Origin: a virus
Taxonomy: Duplodnaviria; Caudoviricetes
IMG/VR virus record: IMGVR_UViG_3300020044_004474
Span: 1-38,003 of that record
DNA length: 38,003 nucleotides
Strand: one strand, 5' to 3'
The notes under the pieces were generated by a model. It ran no database searches. It was not told the origin of the DNA and worked only from the letters and a program-made list of their open reading frames with translations. The translations under genes were made by a program, and so were the position numbers. Shown here piece by piece: positions 6,772 through 15,473 of this stretch. Position 1 is the first letter of the stretch, and each line of letters begins with the position of its first letter.

Positions 6772-7448
6772 ATCTTTGTGTCTCCTGTTTTAGTGTTTAT
6801 TATTCCGTATGCAAAACCTTGTCTCCAGCCCAGTTTGGCGGTATGTCTATCTGCGTATTCCATCTGGTCAATATCACCGATGCAGCCGATTGAATGAGCT
6901 TCCCCACCATCAATGTGCCGTGCTGTGTATTGGTTCGGTGCGTGGACATGACCGTGGACGCAAGACCCATACTTTTCAAAGTGCATCTTGGCTGGATTAA
7001 CTCCGCTGTGAAAGCCGTGAATGAGTTTTACCTTGCTATCTGGTAGTGTTAAATATGCTCCAACTTTATAGGGAATCCACGTGATTTTAAGCTGTTTAAA
7101 CTTACGGATAGATGAATCAACTAAGCCTTGACAATGATCGCGGATAACCCCGTTTGTTTTACTGTGCGCCCACTCCCAGATCCTAGCGTCATGGTTGCCT
7201 AGTGTAAGCAAATTCGGGCGGTATTGTTCCAAGTATCTGATGCCAGCTTGGTAATCTTCCGATAACAATCTTGCTTTATCATCAGCACTAGCCCCGCCTC
7301 TGAGGGTAGCGAAATCCCACAAGTCCCCTAAATCAACACGAACATGGGGCTTCCATGTGTCACAAAAACCCATGAGTTTTAATAAAGACTCGCCATGCAC
7401 AAGTTCGCCGTGACTATCTGCTGCTATAATAAATCTTTTAAAGCTCAT
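6717..7448 (-). CDS. Calcineurin-like metallophosphoesterase
   Basis: DSHG, GDLWD, GNHD, HG, GHVH motifs. Confidence 0.85.
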   Translation of the reverse strand: MSFKRFIIAADSHGELVHGESLLKLMGFCDTWKPHVRVDLGDLWDFATLRGGASADDKARLLSEDYQAGIRYLEQYRPNLLTLGNHDARIWEWAHSKTNGVIRDHCQGLVDSSIRKFKQLKITWIPYKVGAYLTLPDSKVKLIHGFHSGVNPAKMHFEKYGSCVHGHVHAPNQYTARHIDGGEAHSIGCIGDIDQMEYADRHTAKLGWRQGFAYGIINTKTGDTKIWHVTKEGNTWISPQGII

Positions 7449-7516
7449 AAGTTTAGGGATTCCCAAGCAGGGAAAAATAGTTCATCAATGTTGGCTTAAT
7501 TATCCGTTATGGATTT

Positions 7517-8092
7517 TTATTTTGTCCTTTGCATGTGCATTGCATCTCTTGACCAAAAAGCACCAGCACTAAGCCATCCGTGCTTGGCGAATACCTCAAT
7601 AACGCTAAATGGCATATTGGCACTTACTGGCCAAGATTGCTTATTGCGATTAGTCGCTGGCATAAGATCAATGGCAGCTCCCCTAGCGTGCAAAGATGGC
7701 AGAGATCCGCCCCGCATAGCTCGGTTGTTGTAGCATCCCGCATATTGACTTAAAGCTATTTTACCTTCTGGAATTGTAGCAAGCTCACGAATAATGCGAT
7801 TTAACGAGGCAGAACATGCTTTATTGATTCTTATTGTCTTAACTGCCTGCCCATCGTATTTAACGCCTAAACCCTGCACGTCTAGGTTGACAAGCTGGGA
7901 TTCATCGCCAGGCAGACCGTAAGCCGATGTGAGGCTGTTTTGATCGGTTTTAGGAATATGCAAGACATCCTCGCATGAATCCATCAATTTTCGTAAATAC
8001 TTCTTACAAACAATTATGGATTTTTCACCCCAAAAACCATCTGGTTCAGCACCAATTTTAGCTTGGATGGCTTTAATCTGTTCCGTTGTCAT
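7517..8092 (-). CDS. Endolysin, M15-family zinc peptidase with N-terminal peptidoglycan-binding-like segment
   Basis: R...SLHARGAAID...DAMH; N-terminal IQ..IG..PDG.WG..S. Confidence 0.85.
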   Translation of the reverse strand: MTTEQIKAIQAKIGAEPDGFWGEKSIIVCKKYLRKLMDSCEDVLHIPKTDQNSLTSAYGLPGDESQLVNLDVQGLGVKYDGQAVKTIRINKACSASLNRIIRELATIPEGKIALSQYAGCYNNRAMRGGSLPSLHARGAAIDLMPATNRNKQSWPVSANMPFSVIEVFAKHGWLSAGAFWSRDAMHMQRTK

Positions 8093-8184
8093 TAACGTCT
8101 TTCTAGCAATATAATTCCGATAATCAACAAAATAAGTGTGATTGACACAGTTATTTCAAATAATCTGTCTGAATCTGCAATCAT
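8092..8184 (-). CDS. 30-aa single-TM peptide (not in ORF track), possible lysis accessory
   Basis: MIADSDRLFEITVSITLILLIIGIILLERR; ATGA overlap upstream, TAATG overlap with endolysin. Confidence 0.55.
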   Translation of the reverse strand: MIADSDRLFEITVSITLILLIIGIILLERR

Positions 8185-8573
8185 TTTTTTTTGTAACTAG
8201 CCCATCCACCTACCCTTACGGCGGTGTAAATTGTTCCGCGTGTTAGCCAGCCAACTCCCAAATTATACATTGCTTCTTTGAAAATCTCATCCGCTTCTGG
8301 ACGAGTCAACATTGGGTGTTTTATGTCTGATGCTTTGGAATATAAGTAATCGTGGACTAAGGCAGCCTCAAAATAATCGCCATTAAAGGGGCTGAATATA
8401 GCCCAGAACGGACGTGGCACAGATGCACCATCGCTAAGAAAACCTTTAGGTATTTTGATTGTGCCGTAGCTGGAAATATATCGAAAATCCTCCAAAACCC
8501 GTATCAGCATTGATCCATTATTAGATCCATACTTCTCAAACTTAGCTGGAATATCTGGAAAGGATTCAATCAC
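8181..8573 (-). CDS. DUF1353-family protein
   Basis: IPKGFLSDGASVP, AALVHDYLY, EAD.IF, YTAVR.GG motifs. Confidence 0.85.
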   Translation of the reverse strand: MIESFPDIPAKFEKYGSNNGSMLIRVLEDFRYISSYGTIKIPKGFLSDGASVPRPFWAIFSPFNGDYFEAALVHDYLYSKASDIKHPMLTRPEADEIFKEAMYNLGVGWLTRGTIYTAVRVGGWASYKKK

Positions 8574-8752
8574 TTCCTTTTTTTGATGAAGTTATACAGG
8601 GTAATCGATCCAATTAAGATACCGATGATACCACCTGTCATCCTTACGCCGTATTCGAATTGTTCCTGGAACGTGCTGATGACGCCAAGCAATGACGCCA
8701 TAGCCCCGACTGCGCCGTTAACCATATTGTAAAGGGGAGAATGTTCGTGCAT
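8570..8752 (-). CDS. Putative holin (two TM segments, basic C-terminus)
   Basis: Hydrophobicity pattern and position upstream of endolysin. Confidence 0.5.
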   Translation of the reverse strand: MHEHSPLYNMVNGAVGAMASLLGVISTFQEQFEYGVRMTGGIIGILIGSITLYNFIKKRK

Positions 8753-8820
8753 GGTTTTAAGTTACGGGTGATCCTGTGCCTTCGCCGATTTCGTCATCGT
8801 CATCTGGGTCGATCATGGTT

Positions 8821-9123
8821 TTAGAATTGAGAGTTAGGGTCTATGATTGATTCTGGTGAGAGGTCAACCCGTGCATCCAATCCACCGAATGCGCCTACAA
8901 GTTGGGCAAACTCTGGGAAGTCAACGGGGGTCATTTTTCCGCGCAAGTTCGTTGCCATCATCTCATCATCGAACGGGAGGAATACTTTTCCTGCGTGTTC
9001 ACCTGTGAAGATAGGGTATTTTCCAATTGTCCAGTAGTGAGGGAGTCCACGCGATTCTTGCGCTGCTTTGATGCCTGAAAGGATCGCGTCTGCGGTGGAG
9101 GGTGATGTGATGAAGCCGATCAT
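8821..9123 (-). CDS. Hypothetical protein (tail-associated)
   Basis: ORF track; follows the putative fibre gene. Confidence 0.6.
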   Translation of the reverse strand: MIGFITSPSTADAILSGIKAAQESRGLPHYWTIGKYPIFTGEHAGKVFLPFDDEMMATNLRGKMTPVDFPEFAQLVGAFGGLDARVDLSPESIIDPNSQF

Positions 9124-9124
9124 A

Positions 9125-9940
9125 TCAAGGTAGTGTTAAGCCTGTGCATCCTTCCCAGAGGTTTTTTAGGTGGAGGGTGAATAATGTGTCGTGTGCCGAT
9201 GAAAGACCCGATCCTAAAACAAAAGCCCCCGCTTGAGCATTTGAAAGGTTTGCTGGAACTTTATTCCCAAAGTCATTTTCATTTGTAGCAAGAAAGAAAA
9301 ATGTCGATGGGGTCAGTGCAGATGCGTCACTAACTGAGGTCGAACCCAAGGTGCTTTTCCCCGCTGCTGCGCGTCGATAAATTGAACTATTGCCGCTTGT
9401 CTTACTTCCGCTAAAAATGCCATTTTTAGTTGCCGAACCCGTTACTTCAGTTGATGATAAACCATAGCGGTAATAAACGTTTGAATTTACGCAGAACATG
9501 TCTGAGGTGCTTGTCCCACCCGCTCCTAAGAATGAGGTAATTGCAACAGATGGAGCGGTGTAATGCAAGATGGCAAGATACTGTGAACCGACTGTCATCC
9601 CCGCTCCCGCTGGGTTTACTAATGTATCGAAATAACCCGTAGTTCCATTCCCCTGCACATATCCGCTCGCATGGGTGACTCCACCAACGAACGTGCCGCT
9701 AGTTAAGCTGATCATGTCGATGGCGTTGGCGGCGGCTACTCCCCAGATTGGGAGGTATAGGCGTTTTAGTGACGTGTAGTAGTCTGCTTTGGCTGATTTA
9801 TAGAAGTTATTGATGTAACCTCGTTGTGCGCTCGTGACAGTTGCTCCTGCTGCTGTGACGGCTGCAATGTATCCTTTAGCGGATGGATCAAGCCCACCAA
9901 CCATCCCGCCACCAAGCATATTTGAAAGAGAGTAATTCAT
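9125..9940 (-). CDS. Putative virion fibre / receptor-binding protein
   Basis: Gly/Ser/Thr-rich, beta-rich; GNGTTGYFDT motif; late-arm position. Confidence 0.5.
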   Translation of the reverse strand: MNYSLSNMLGGGMVGGLDPSAKGYIAAVTAAGATVTSAQRGYINNFYKSAKADYYTSLKRLYLPIWGVAAANAIDMISLTSGTFVGGVTHASGYVQGNGTTGYFDTLVNPAGAGMTVGSQYLAILHYTAPSVAITSFLGAGGTSTSDMFCVNSNVYYRYGLSSTEVTGSATKNGIFSGSKTSGNSSIYRRAAAGKSTLGSTSVSDASALTPSTFFFLATNENDFGNKVPANLSNAQAGAFVLGSGLSSAHDTLFTLHLKNLWEGCTGLTLP

Positions 9941-10554
9941 TAGTAGCGCATCTGCATATTAGCGTTTGTGAAAATCCTGTTTGCAACAAGCTGTAAAGTG
10001 TGTTGTTCGTCAATACGAATCATCTCTTCTTGGAGCAGCATATCTGCCTCTTGGTCTGCAATGACTGCCTTCTCTTGTTGTCCCTCTGCACGAAGGTAAT
10101 CGGCATACGTCCCATGTGCCATGTATTGAAACCATTCAGCAGGAATAGCAGTAGATTCTCCTGCACCATCACCGAAGGTATCGCTGAACTGTGCTTTATA
10201 AGTAACGAAAGCTGAAGTAGGAGCAGTATTGCCAGCTACCAAGGTAGCTCCATCGGCTGTTACCATAATGTCATACTCTTGGACGGATGTAGTCAGATAC
10301 GGGGCTTGGACATGGATACGTAAGTAAGTATCAATAGAACTCTTACCAGATTCCGTATATGGAACTACATTGTTAGCAACATCACGCTCTTCTCCGATTT
10401 TTAGGAAACGAGGCCAGTAGTTAGTCGAACGATACGCCCTTAATGCACGGCGGTTAATCAGAGCTTTGATTCTCCCAAGCTCAAGGGTGGCAAAGACAAC
10501 CCCGCTCAGAGACTGGATCAAAGACAGTAGTTCTGCGTAGGTTCTTGTTTGCAT
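9940..10554 (-). CDS. Putative head-tail adaptor (tail tubular A-like)
   Basis: ~200 aa, downstream of capsid genes; IN...R...WP and IP..W..Y patterns. Confidence 0.55.
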   Translation of the reverse strand: MQTRTYAELLSLIQSLSGVVFATLELGRIKALINRRALRAYRSTNYWPRFLKIGEERDVANNVVPYTESGKSSIDTYLRIHVQAPYLTTSVQEYDIMVTADGATLVAGNTAPTSAFVTYKAQFSDTFGDGAGESTAIPAEWFQYMAHGTYADYLRAEGQQEKAVIADQEADMLLQEEMIRIDEQHTLQLVANRIFTNANMQMRY

Positions 10555-10832
10555 TAAATGTTACCTGCTTTGAGGTGTGATTGTGATTTGAAAAAGTCAC
10601 GGACGAACTCGCGGTTATCCCAGCATTCGCTCCCGTATTTATTTGCGAGTAACATATACTCGCGTTGCGGAATAGATCCAACAGGTTTACCTGCGATGGA
10701 TTTCACTTCACGCATTTTTTTAGCTTCAGCAGCGGCTTCGATTTCCCTGCGTTTTTCCAAGCTCTCGATGAACTTGCGTCCTGAACATAACTCACGGACA
10801 AGGGCAGCATTGATCTCTTCTTCTTGAAACAT
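10554..10832 (-). CDS. Hypothetical virion-module protein
   Basis: ORF track; TAATG coupling to next gene. Confidence 0.65.
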   Translation of the reverse strand: MFQEEEINAALVRELCSGRKFIESLEKRREIEAAAEAKKMREVKSIAGKPVGSIPQREYMLLANKYGSECWDNREFVRDFFKSQSHLKAGNI

Positions 10833-10873
10833 AAAGAAAGAAAAGGGAGAGGGATTTTAACCCCCCTCCCCTC
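10833..10873 (-). terminator. Intrinsic terminator after capsid/decoration genes
   Basis: - strand GGGGAGGGGG-GTTAAAA-TCCCTCTCCC followed by TTTTCTTT. Confidence 0.6.
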
Positions 10874-10882
10874 AATTTGGGT

Positions 10883-11299
10883 TTATGGGGTGATTGCAAA
10901 TGGATCGAGGATGGTCAAACCAAACACGATCTCACCACCAGTAATGCTTGCAACAGTTCCGCCAAGAGTAGCGATAATGTTGACAGCAGATGTGGTGTTG
11001 TTTACATAACCAGGCTCAGTATCGACTAGCGATCCCGTATTGTAAGCCGTTGCGACCAGAGCATCAAGGTCAGTTGATGCAATAAGTCCAGCAGCAGTTC
11101 CGGTAACGCCAAGTGTCAGAGTAATGTCAGAAGCACCTGCGATGGCACTGATAACAGTTACAGAGGCATTGGTGACGATACCACCGCGAGGAACTACACC
11201 GATTGTCTTTGCGGCTGTGCCAGCAGCAACAAGGTCAGTGGCAGTCATGCGGAAGTAGTGGGTATACCCACGCGATTCATTATTAGCTAATTGAGGCAT
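10883..11299 (-). CDS. Putative capsid decoration/cement protein
   Basis: 138 aa, Ala/Thr/Val/Gly-rich, immediately after MCP. Confidence 0.55.
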   Translation of the reverse strand: MPQLANNESRGYTHYFRMTATDLVAAGTAAKTIGVVPRGGIVTNASVTVISAIAGASDITLTLGVTGTAAGLIASTDLDALVATAYNTGSLVDTEPGYVNNTTSAVNIIATLGGTVASITGGEIVFGLTILDPFAITP

Positions 11300-11326
11300 A
11301 ATTTTATTTCTTTCTTTTTGTCGGGT

Positions 11327-12322
11327 TTAGTAAGCGATTTTACCATGTGCTTGCGGATGTTTGACACACAGAGTTCCTGCAACGTCAATGAATCCACGCT
11401 CACCACCACCTTGGTTCTCAAGACGAGTAGCACCCATAGGGATAAGGGTGTGAAAGCCCAGATACTTAGGATTGAGGACGTAGCCTACGTTGGTTGAACC
11501 AGTTGGCATACAGCTAGGGTTACCGTTCACGATCTTCACAAGACCGAAGTCGGAGTCATACAGGTTCACCGAAAGGGTGATCTGCTTGCTCGTAGCGTCT
11601 TGGTTGACGTGGTAGGTAACACCAGCGGATGAAGGCTGGGCGCGGGTGAAGTTGCTGATAAGCTGACGAAGTGCCACGTTAGCAACAAGGGTCAAACTGT
11701 TCATCTCACCGTTCTTAGCGAAGATCGAACCGATCATCGTGTTGAACGAGGACTCGCTAAGGGTCGATGCGATGATCGAGCCAGAAGGAGTGCGATAAGC
11801 AGTAGGAACTGGGTTGGTTGCTTGAGCGGTGGACTGAATCCACTTGCCAAGACCGCGCATTCCGTAAGGAGTGTCAGCACCGTTTTCAACCGTCATCTCG
11901 TTGTTGGAGGCGATGGTTGCTTCGATGTCGCGTTTGATCTCACGCATGGATTTAGCTTCTGCTTGTGCCACGTTTGCAGGGCCAACACTGGTGACGGCTT
12001 GCTGAAGGTTGGACACAATGTAGTCACGGCGCATGAGTTGGATGTAGTTTCCAAGACGGGCGCGATCTGCGAACTTGTCGGAGAACGAGGTAACGTCGGA
12101 ACCTTCGCTGATACCCGTGGTAGAGGGAGCGGCGAGGGAATCAACAGTCCACTCGGTGTAGGTGGCGGATGCTTTACCCTTGCCGCAAAGCGAAAGGATA
12201 GGAGTCTCTTCTGGAGCGAGGATGGAAAGCTCGTTGCTGAGATCCTCACGGTTAGAGACAGCGGAACCCTGACCGACTTTTGCGGCTGGGGCTGATGGCT
12301 GATAAGTATTTGAGATAGGCAT
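11327..12322 (-). CDS. Major capsid protein (SU10/DUF5309-like)
   Basis: NREDLS..L....PEETP, EW..D.L, EG.D, N..Q, E.KRD.E, Y.SDFG, P.AHG motifs. Confidence 0.88.
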   Translation of the reverse strand: MPISNTYQPSAPAAKVGQGSAVSNREDLSNELSILAPEETPILSLCGKGKASATYTEWTVDSLAAPSTTGISEGSDVTSFSDKFADRARLGNYIQLMRRDYIVSNLQQAVTSVGPANVAQAEAKSMREIKRDIEATIASNNEMTVENGADTPYGMRGLGKWIQSTAQATNPVPTAYRTPSGSIIASTLSESSFNTMIGSIFAKNGEMNSLTLVANVALRQLISNFTRAQPSSAGVTYHVNQDATSKQITLSVNLYDSDFGLVKIVNGNPSCMPTGSTNVGYVLNPKYLGFHTLIPMGATRLENQGGGERGFIDVAGTLCVKHPQAHGKIAY

Positions 12323-12340
12323 TTTCTTAGTTGGTTAAAT

Positions 12341-13351
12341 TTATTTGTATTTAGCGATTCTTGCGGCAACCCATTCTTCTGGACTTCCACTCTTTTCAAA
12401 GCGGTTATATGCATCTGAAACCTTTGTTTTAGTAGAGATCGAGGATTTCGCAGCACCCGCACCAAATGGGGAAGGTGATGGGCTGACTTTCAGCTTACTC
12501 CCCACCGCAGGTTGCTTCTTAATTCTCGTTCCACCGTTAATGGAGTTTGATGCATGAGCCAAAATATATTCTATTTGGTAGCCAATTTCAGGAACTTGTT
12601 TACGTAGCTTTTCGATTAACGGGTCAGACACCAAACTCTTGAATTGTTTCCCGACAGTTGTGGACTCATCCTTAATGTCTGGAACTTCTTCTTCAGCCGC
12701 AGCGATGTATTGACCTTTCAACTGTTCCATCTGGGCAATCTGTGCAAGATGTGCCTGTTGTGCTGGAATGTATTTGGTCAACGCTTCACGGGCGTTTCGG
12801 TTGGCTTTACGAATCTGCTGCTTGGTAAACTCTCGGTCGCCTACTAGGATTATGTCCTCAGAACGATAATCTTCATATTCTTCAAGTAATTCATCAGTTG
12901 AATCTAGGGTTTTCTCAAGTTCTTGATATTTCGCTTTTAAGTCATCAATCGACTCTATTTCACGGAATGGGTTTTGTTCTTGAGGGACTTCCTTGATTAC
13001 CGGTTGAGATTGAATCTTTTCCTCCAGGGCTTTTTTCTGAGCGGTTAGCTCGCCAATGCGTTGAAGCAGTCGGCTTTTACCCTTTTTGGCTAGAGATTGG
13101 ATCTGTTCCGTGGTCAACGACAGTAGATCAATTTCGCTTTCCTCCTCCTCTTCTTCGGGTTCCTCCTCGATTTCAGATTCCCCATCCTCGGTTGGAATTT
13201 CTTCCTCCTCGGTTTCGGATTCTTCTTCTTCGGGTTGCTCCTCGGATTCAGGTTCTGGATTTTGTCTTGCCGTTCTCTGAGCTACAAGCTCTTCAAATGA
13301 CATATTGGACACTGATTCGATAGCTTCAGCGGTAGCTTCTGGATTGCTCAT
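12341..13351 (-). CDS. Capsid scaffolding protein
   Basis: Very acidic N-terminus, coiled coil, directly upstream of MCP. Confidence 0.75.
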   Translation of the reverse strand: MSNPEATAEAIESVSNMSFEELVAQRTARQNPEPESEEQPEEEESETEEEEIPTEDGESEIEEEPEEEEEESEIDLLSLTTEQIQSLAKKGKSRLLQRIGELTAQKKALEEKIQSQPVIKEVPQEQNPFREIESIDDLKAKYQELEKTLDSTDELLEEYEDYRSEDIILVGDREFTKQQIRKANRNAREALTKYIPAQQAHLAQIAQMEQLKGQYIAAAEEEVPDIKDESTTVGKQFKSLVSDPLIEKLRKQVPEIGYQIEYILAHASNSINGGTRIKKQPAVGSKLKVSPSPSPFGAGAAKSSISTKTKVSDAYNRFEKSGSPEEWVAARIAKYK

Positions 13352-13392
13352 ATTGGGAAACGCCATTTACGCTCGGCGGTGCGATTTGCAGC

Positions 13393-13422
13393 ACACTAAT
13401 GCAAGTTTGTTGCACTTGTCAA
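13393..13422 (-). promoter_or_regulatory. Possible sigma70-like promoter for scaffold/capsid genes
   Basis: TTGACA-N18-TAGTGT on - strand upstream of the scaffold gene. Confidence 0.35.
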
Positions 13423-13487
13423 TAGTTGATGTTAATTTGTTTTAATCGAGTGTTTGAATTTAATTTCACCGATTGGTGAAAAACATC

Positions 13488-13516
13488 TTGATTCGCCAGA
13501 AATTTATGCTTACATT
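13488..13516 (+). promoter_or_regulatory. Possible promoter for the + strand island
   Basis: TTGATT-N17-TACATT. Confidence 0.4.
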
Positions 13517-13586
13517 TCTCTTGACGAGAGGTAGCACTCCAATTCACAAGAATTTCCCTGAGCTGGATTTATCCAGAACTTGAAAG

Positions 13587-13626
13587 CTCCGAGTGCGGTA
13601 TTGCTACCTGCCGCCTCGGAGTTTTT
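13587..13626 (+). terminator. Terminator/attenuator-like hairpin
   Basis: CTCCGAG...CTCGGAG stem followed by TTTTT. Confidence 0.5.
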
Positions 13627-13751
13627 CTTTTCCAATGGGAAGGCTACGAACATATTGAGCCAAGCAGTCTGAGAGATGGCGTGAAGTTTGGCTAGTTGGA
13701 GATCATCAAGGTTCTGTGCGTTTGGGTTGTCAGCGCATGGGTAATCAGTCG

Positions 13752-13852
13752 CAGTCGAAAGGCTGGGCAAGCCTTGCATCAAGCGGAGAAATCCGCAGGG
13801 AGAATCTACCGAGACAGTCCTCCTCCCGATGCAAGGTCGGGTTCAATCCCCG
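13752..13852 (+). ncRNA. Candidate structured RNA
   Basis: Two GAAA-capped hairpins; 9-bp stem CCTTGCATC/GATGCAAGG closing a three-way junction; T-loop-like GGTTCAATCCC. Confidence 0.35.
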
Positions 13853-14035
13853 TCGTGAGAAAGCAAAGGGGTGGCTCCATACAGGGACGTTATCAAATCA
13901 CGGTTGATTCTTTAACAGGACAACCGTGTCCGCTTCAGGAGCTCACCATTAAGGACATTATCTTTTTGAGTGAAACGAACTGATTCTTCTTGAATAAAGT
14001 AAAAGAAAAGGGAAACTAACCCCGCAAGAAAAAAT

Positions 14036-14278
14036 ATGGAACACGAAAATAAAATGGAAAAAGGGAAGGTGTATTTAGTAACGCTAAAATCTGGAGTCGT
14101 CTTTTTGGGATTGGTGATGACCATGCTCTCGCTGATCCTTCCTTGGTTCTGGGTGAAGTTGGCACTATTATTTGCATCGTTAGTTCTGGCGGTTGTCTGC
14201 TTACTGACTCTGATCCGGCGGTTCTTAAATTCTTCAACGAACGTCCAAGCTCATACACCCGCCACCAATGAACTCTGA
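14036..14278 (+). CDS. Small two-TM membrane protein, antisense to late arm
   Basis: Two hydrophobic segments; reads in frame through AAC 14240-14242 and stops in L5. Confidence 0.65.
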   Translation: MEHENKMEKGKVYLVTLKSGVVFLGLVMTMLSLILPWFWVKLALLFASLVLAVVCLLTLIRRFLNSSTNVQAHTPATNEL

Positions 14279-14325
14279 ACCAAATAAAGACGCTCCGGCG
14301 GGTTGTATGAAGCGACTTGTTCATC
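14236..14325 (-). repeat. Long attC-like site L5
   Basis: AAC-GTCCAA-GCTCATA-CACCCGCC ... GGCGGGTTG-TATG(A)AGC-GACTT-GTTCATC. Confidence 0.88.
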
Positions 14326-14555
14326 CTCTTCCCGAATAACCATGGAAATCAAACACACAATCAGCGCCGCAGAATACCAACGGTTGAAAGATCACAGCGC
14401 GATGCTGGGCCGGATCGCTGGAGTCGTGAGCCGATACGCCCACACGCCAGAGACGACAACCTACGAATGCGTCGTGGCACTCAATGAACGGGTCCGCACG
14501 CTCAATGCGAAGGTCCGCAATCACAAAAACGCCGGGGGCAAATTCCTCGGATGAA
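14242..14555. mobile_element. Integron-like gene cassette C5
   Basis: GTTCATC (14319-14325) matches GATGAAC (14550-14556). Confidence 0.85.
14342..14554 (+). CDS. Hypothetical cassette protein (preceded by 23-aa leader ORF 14268-14339)
   Basis: ATG 14342; stop TGA lies within GATGAAC. Confidence 0.65.
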   Translation: MEIKHTISAAEYQRLKDHSAMLGRIAGVVSRYAHTPETTTYECVVALNERVRTLNAKVRNHKNAGGKFLG

Positions 14556-14602
14556 CAGCCAAGATCACTGACGCTTGCGTTCAGTGTATCGACCTGTTCA
14601 AA
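14550..14602 (-). repeat. Short attC-like site S4 (divergent family member)
   Basis: AAC-AGCCAA-GATCACT-GACGCTTGCGTTC-AGTG(T)ATC-GACCT-GTTCAAA. Confidence 0.85.
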
Positions 14603-14634
14603 CAGAAGAACCGTAGAGGAATTAACCCCTACGG
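14601..14634 (-). terminator. Hairpin between converging units, terminator-like on - strand
   Basis: CCGTAGGGG-TTAATT-CCTCTACGG followed by TTCTTCTGTT. Confidence 0.45.
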
Positions 14635-14702
14635 CTCTCTGAACACACAAACACGCCGAAAAACAAAACGGCGAGGCAATAAAAGCAGAGAGTGTTGAAA
14701 TG

Positions 14703-14915
14703 TCAACCTTCTTTTTTCAACAAAGATAGAAGCTCATCCAATGTTGACACGCTGCCAACAATCTTCATTACTTCGTGGGTATCTACGCACTGGCGAAGAT
14801 CAGCAAAGAATCTCTCGCGCTCGTCTTGGATGAACTGGATGATTGCTTTGAACTCGTCCCTGACGGATAGAGCTTCAACTGCTTGCTGGATGGTTGGCTT
14901 AGGTAATGGGGTCAT
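14703..14915 (-). CDS. Small conserved-type protein of the portal-scaffold interval
   Basis: 70 aa, helical; position between portal and scaffold. Confidence 0.65.
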   Translation of the reverse strand: MTPLPKPTIQQAVEALSVRDEFKAIIQFIQDERERFFADLRQCVDTHEVMKIVGSVSTLDELLSLLKKEG

Positions 14916-14965
14916 GTTATTTTATTGATTTGTTTCCAGGGCATCTCCAATGTTTAATTTTTCCA

Positions 14966-15151
14966 TTATGGTTCAATTAGGTATTCGCATTCAAAAGCAA
15001 TAATAGGCGGCGGGTCAATCAAAGAATAGTATTCAGGCTTTGGAGCAGTTCTACGCAAGCAATTCTCGCAACCTTCACGCCAGTCCCACTCGCCATCTTC
15101 ATCAAACCCTACTCCATTGCATCGGGGCATGTCATTTGAGAGTCTGTTCAT
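14966..15151 (-). CDS. Small Cys-rich hypothetical protein
   Basis: L.ND..RC.G...C..CLR...C pattern. Confidence 0.6.
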   Translation of the reverse strand: MNRLSNDMPRCNGVGFDEDGEWDWREGCENCLRRTAPKPEYYSLIDPPPIIAFECEYLIEP

Positions 15152-15187
15152 TTTTTAGTCTTAGGCTTAGAATGCGTCAATGGTTTA

Positions 15188-15460
15188 CTAGATGCGGTAT
15201 GCTTTGCTCCAGTGTGGATCTGACCGTTTATCTTGTGAACAGCCCCAGTGTGGAGTTTGCCGCTTTTTGATGTATTCTTCTTTCTTCAGGTTATTTAGCT
15301 GTGATTCAATATTGCAAGATTCTTTATACATTGCCAAAGCCACTTTCTCCCAATCAACATCCCATATTGGACTGCCATCTTCGTTTCGTTTTGCTAAATC
15401 CCAAGCTTTCCACGTTTGAGGATGGAGATTTACACCATTTGTGATCCATGATAATGACAT
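15188..15460 (-). CDS. Hypothetical protein
   Basis: ORF track; directly follows portal. Confidence 0.5.
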   Translation of the reverse strand: MSLSWITNGVNLHPQTWKAWDLAKRNEDGSPIWDVDWEKVALAMYKESCNIESQLNNLKKEEYIKKRQTPHWGCSQDKRSDPHWSKAYRI

Positions 15461-15473
15461 CTTTTGCGTTCCG

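Noticed and set aside
13838-13852. tRNA gene
   Set aside because: Only a T-arm-like motif; I could not build acceptor, D and anticodon arms.
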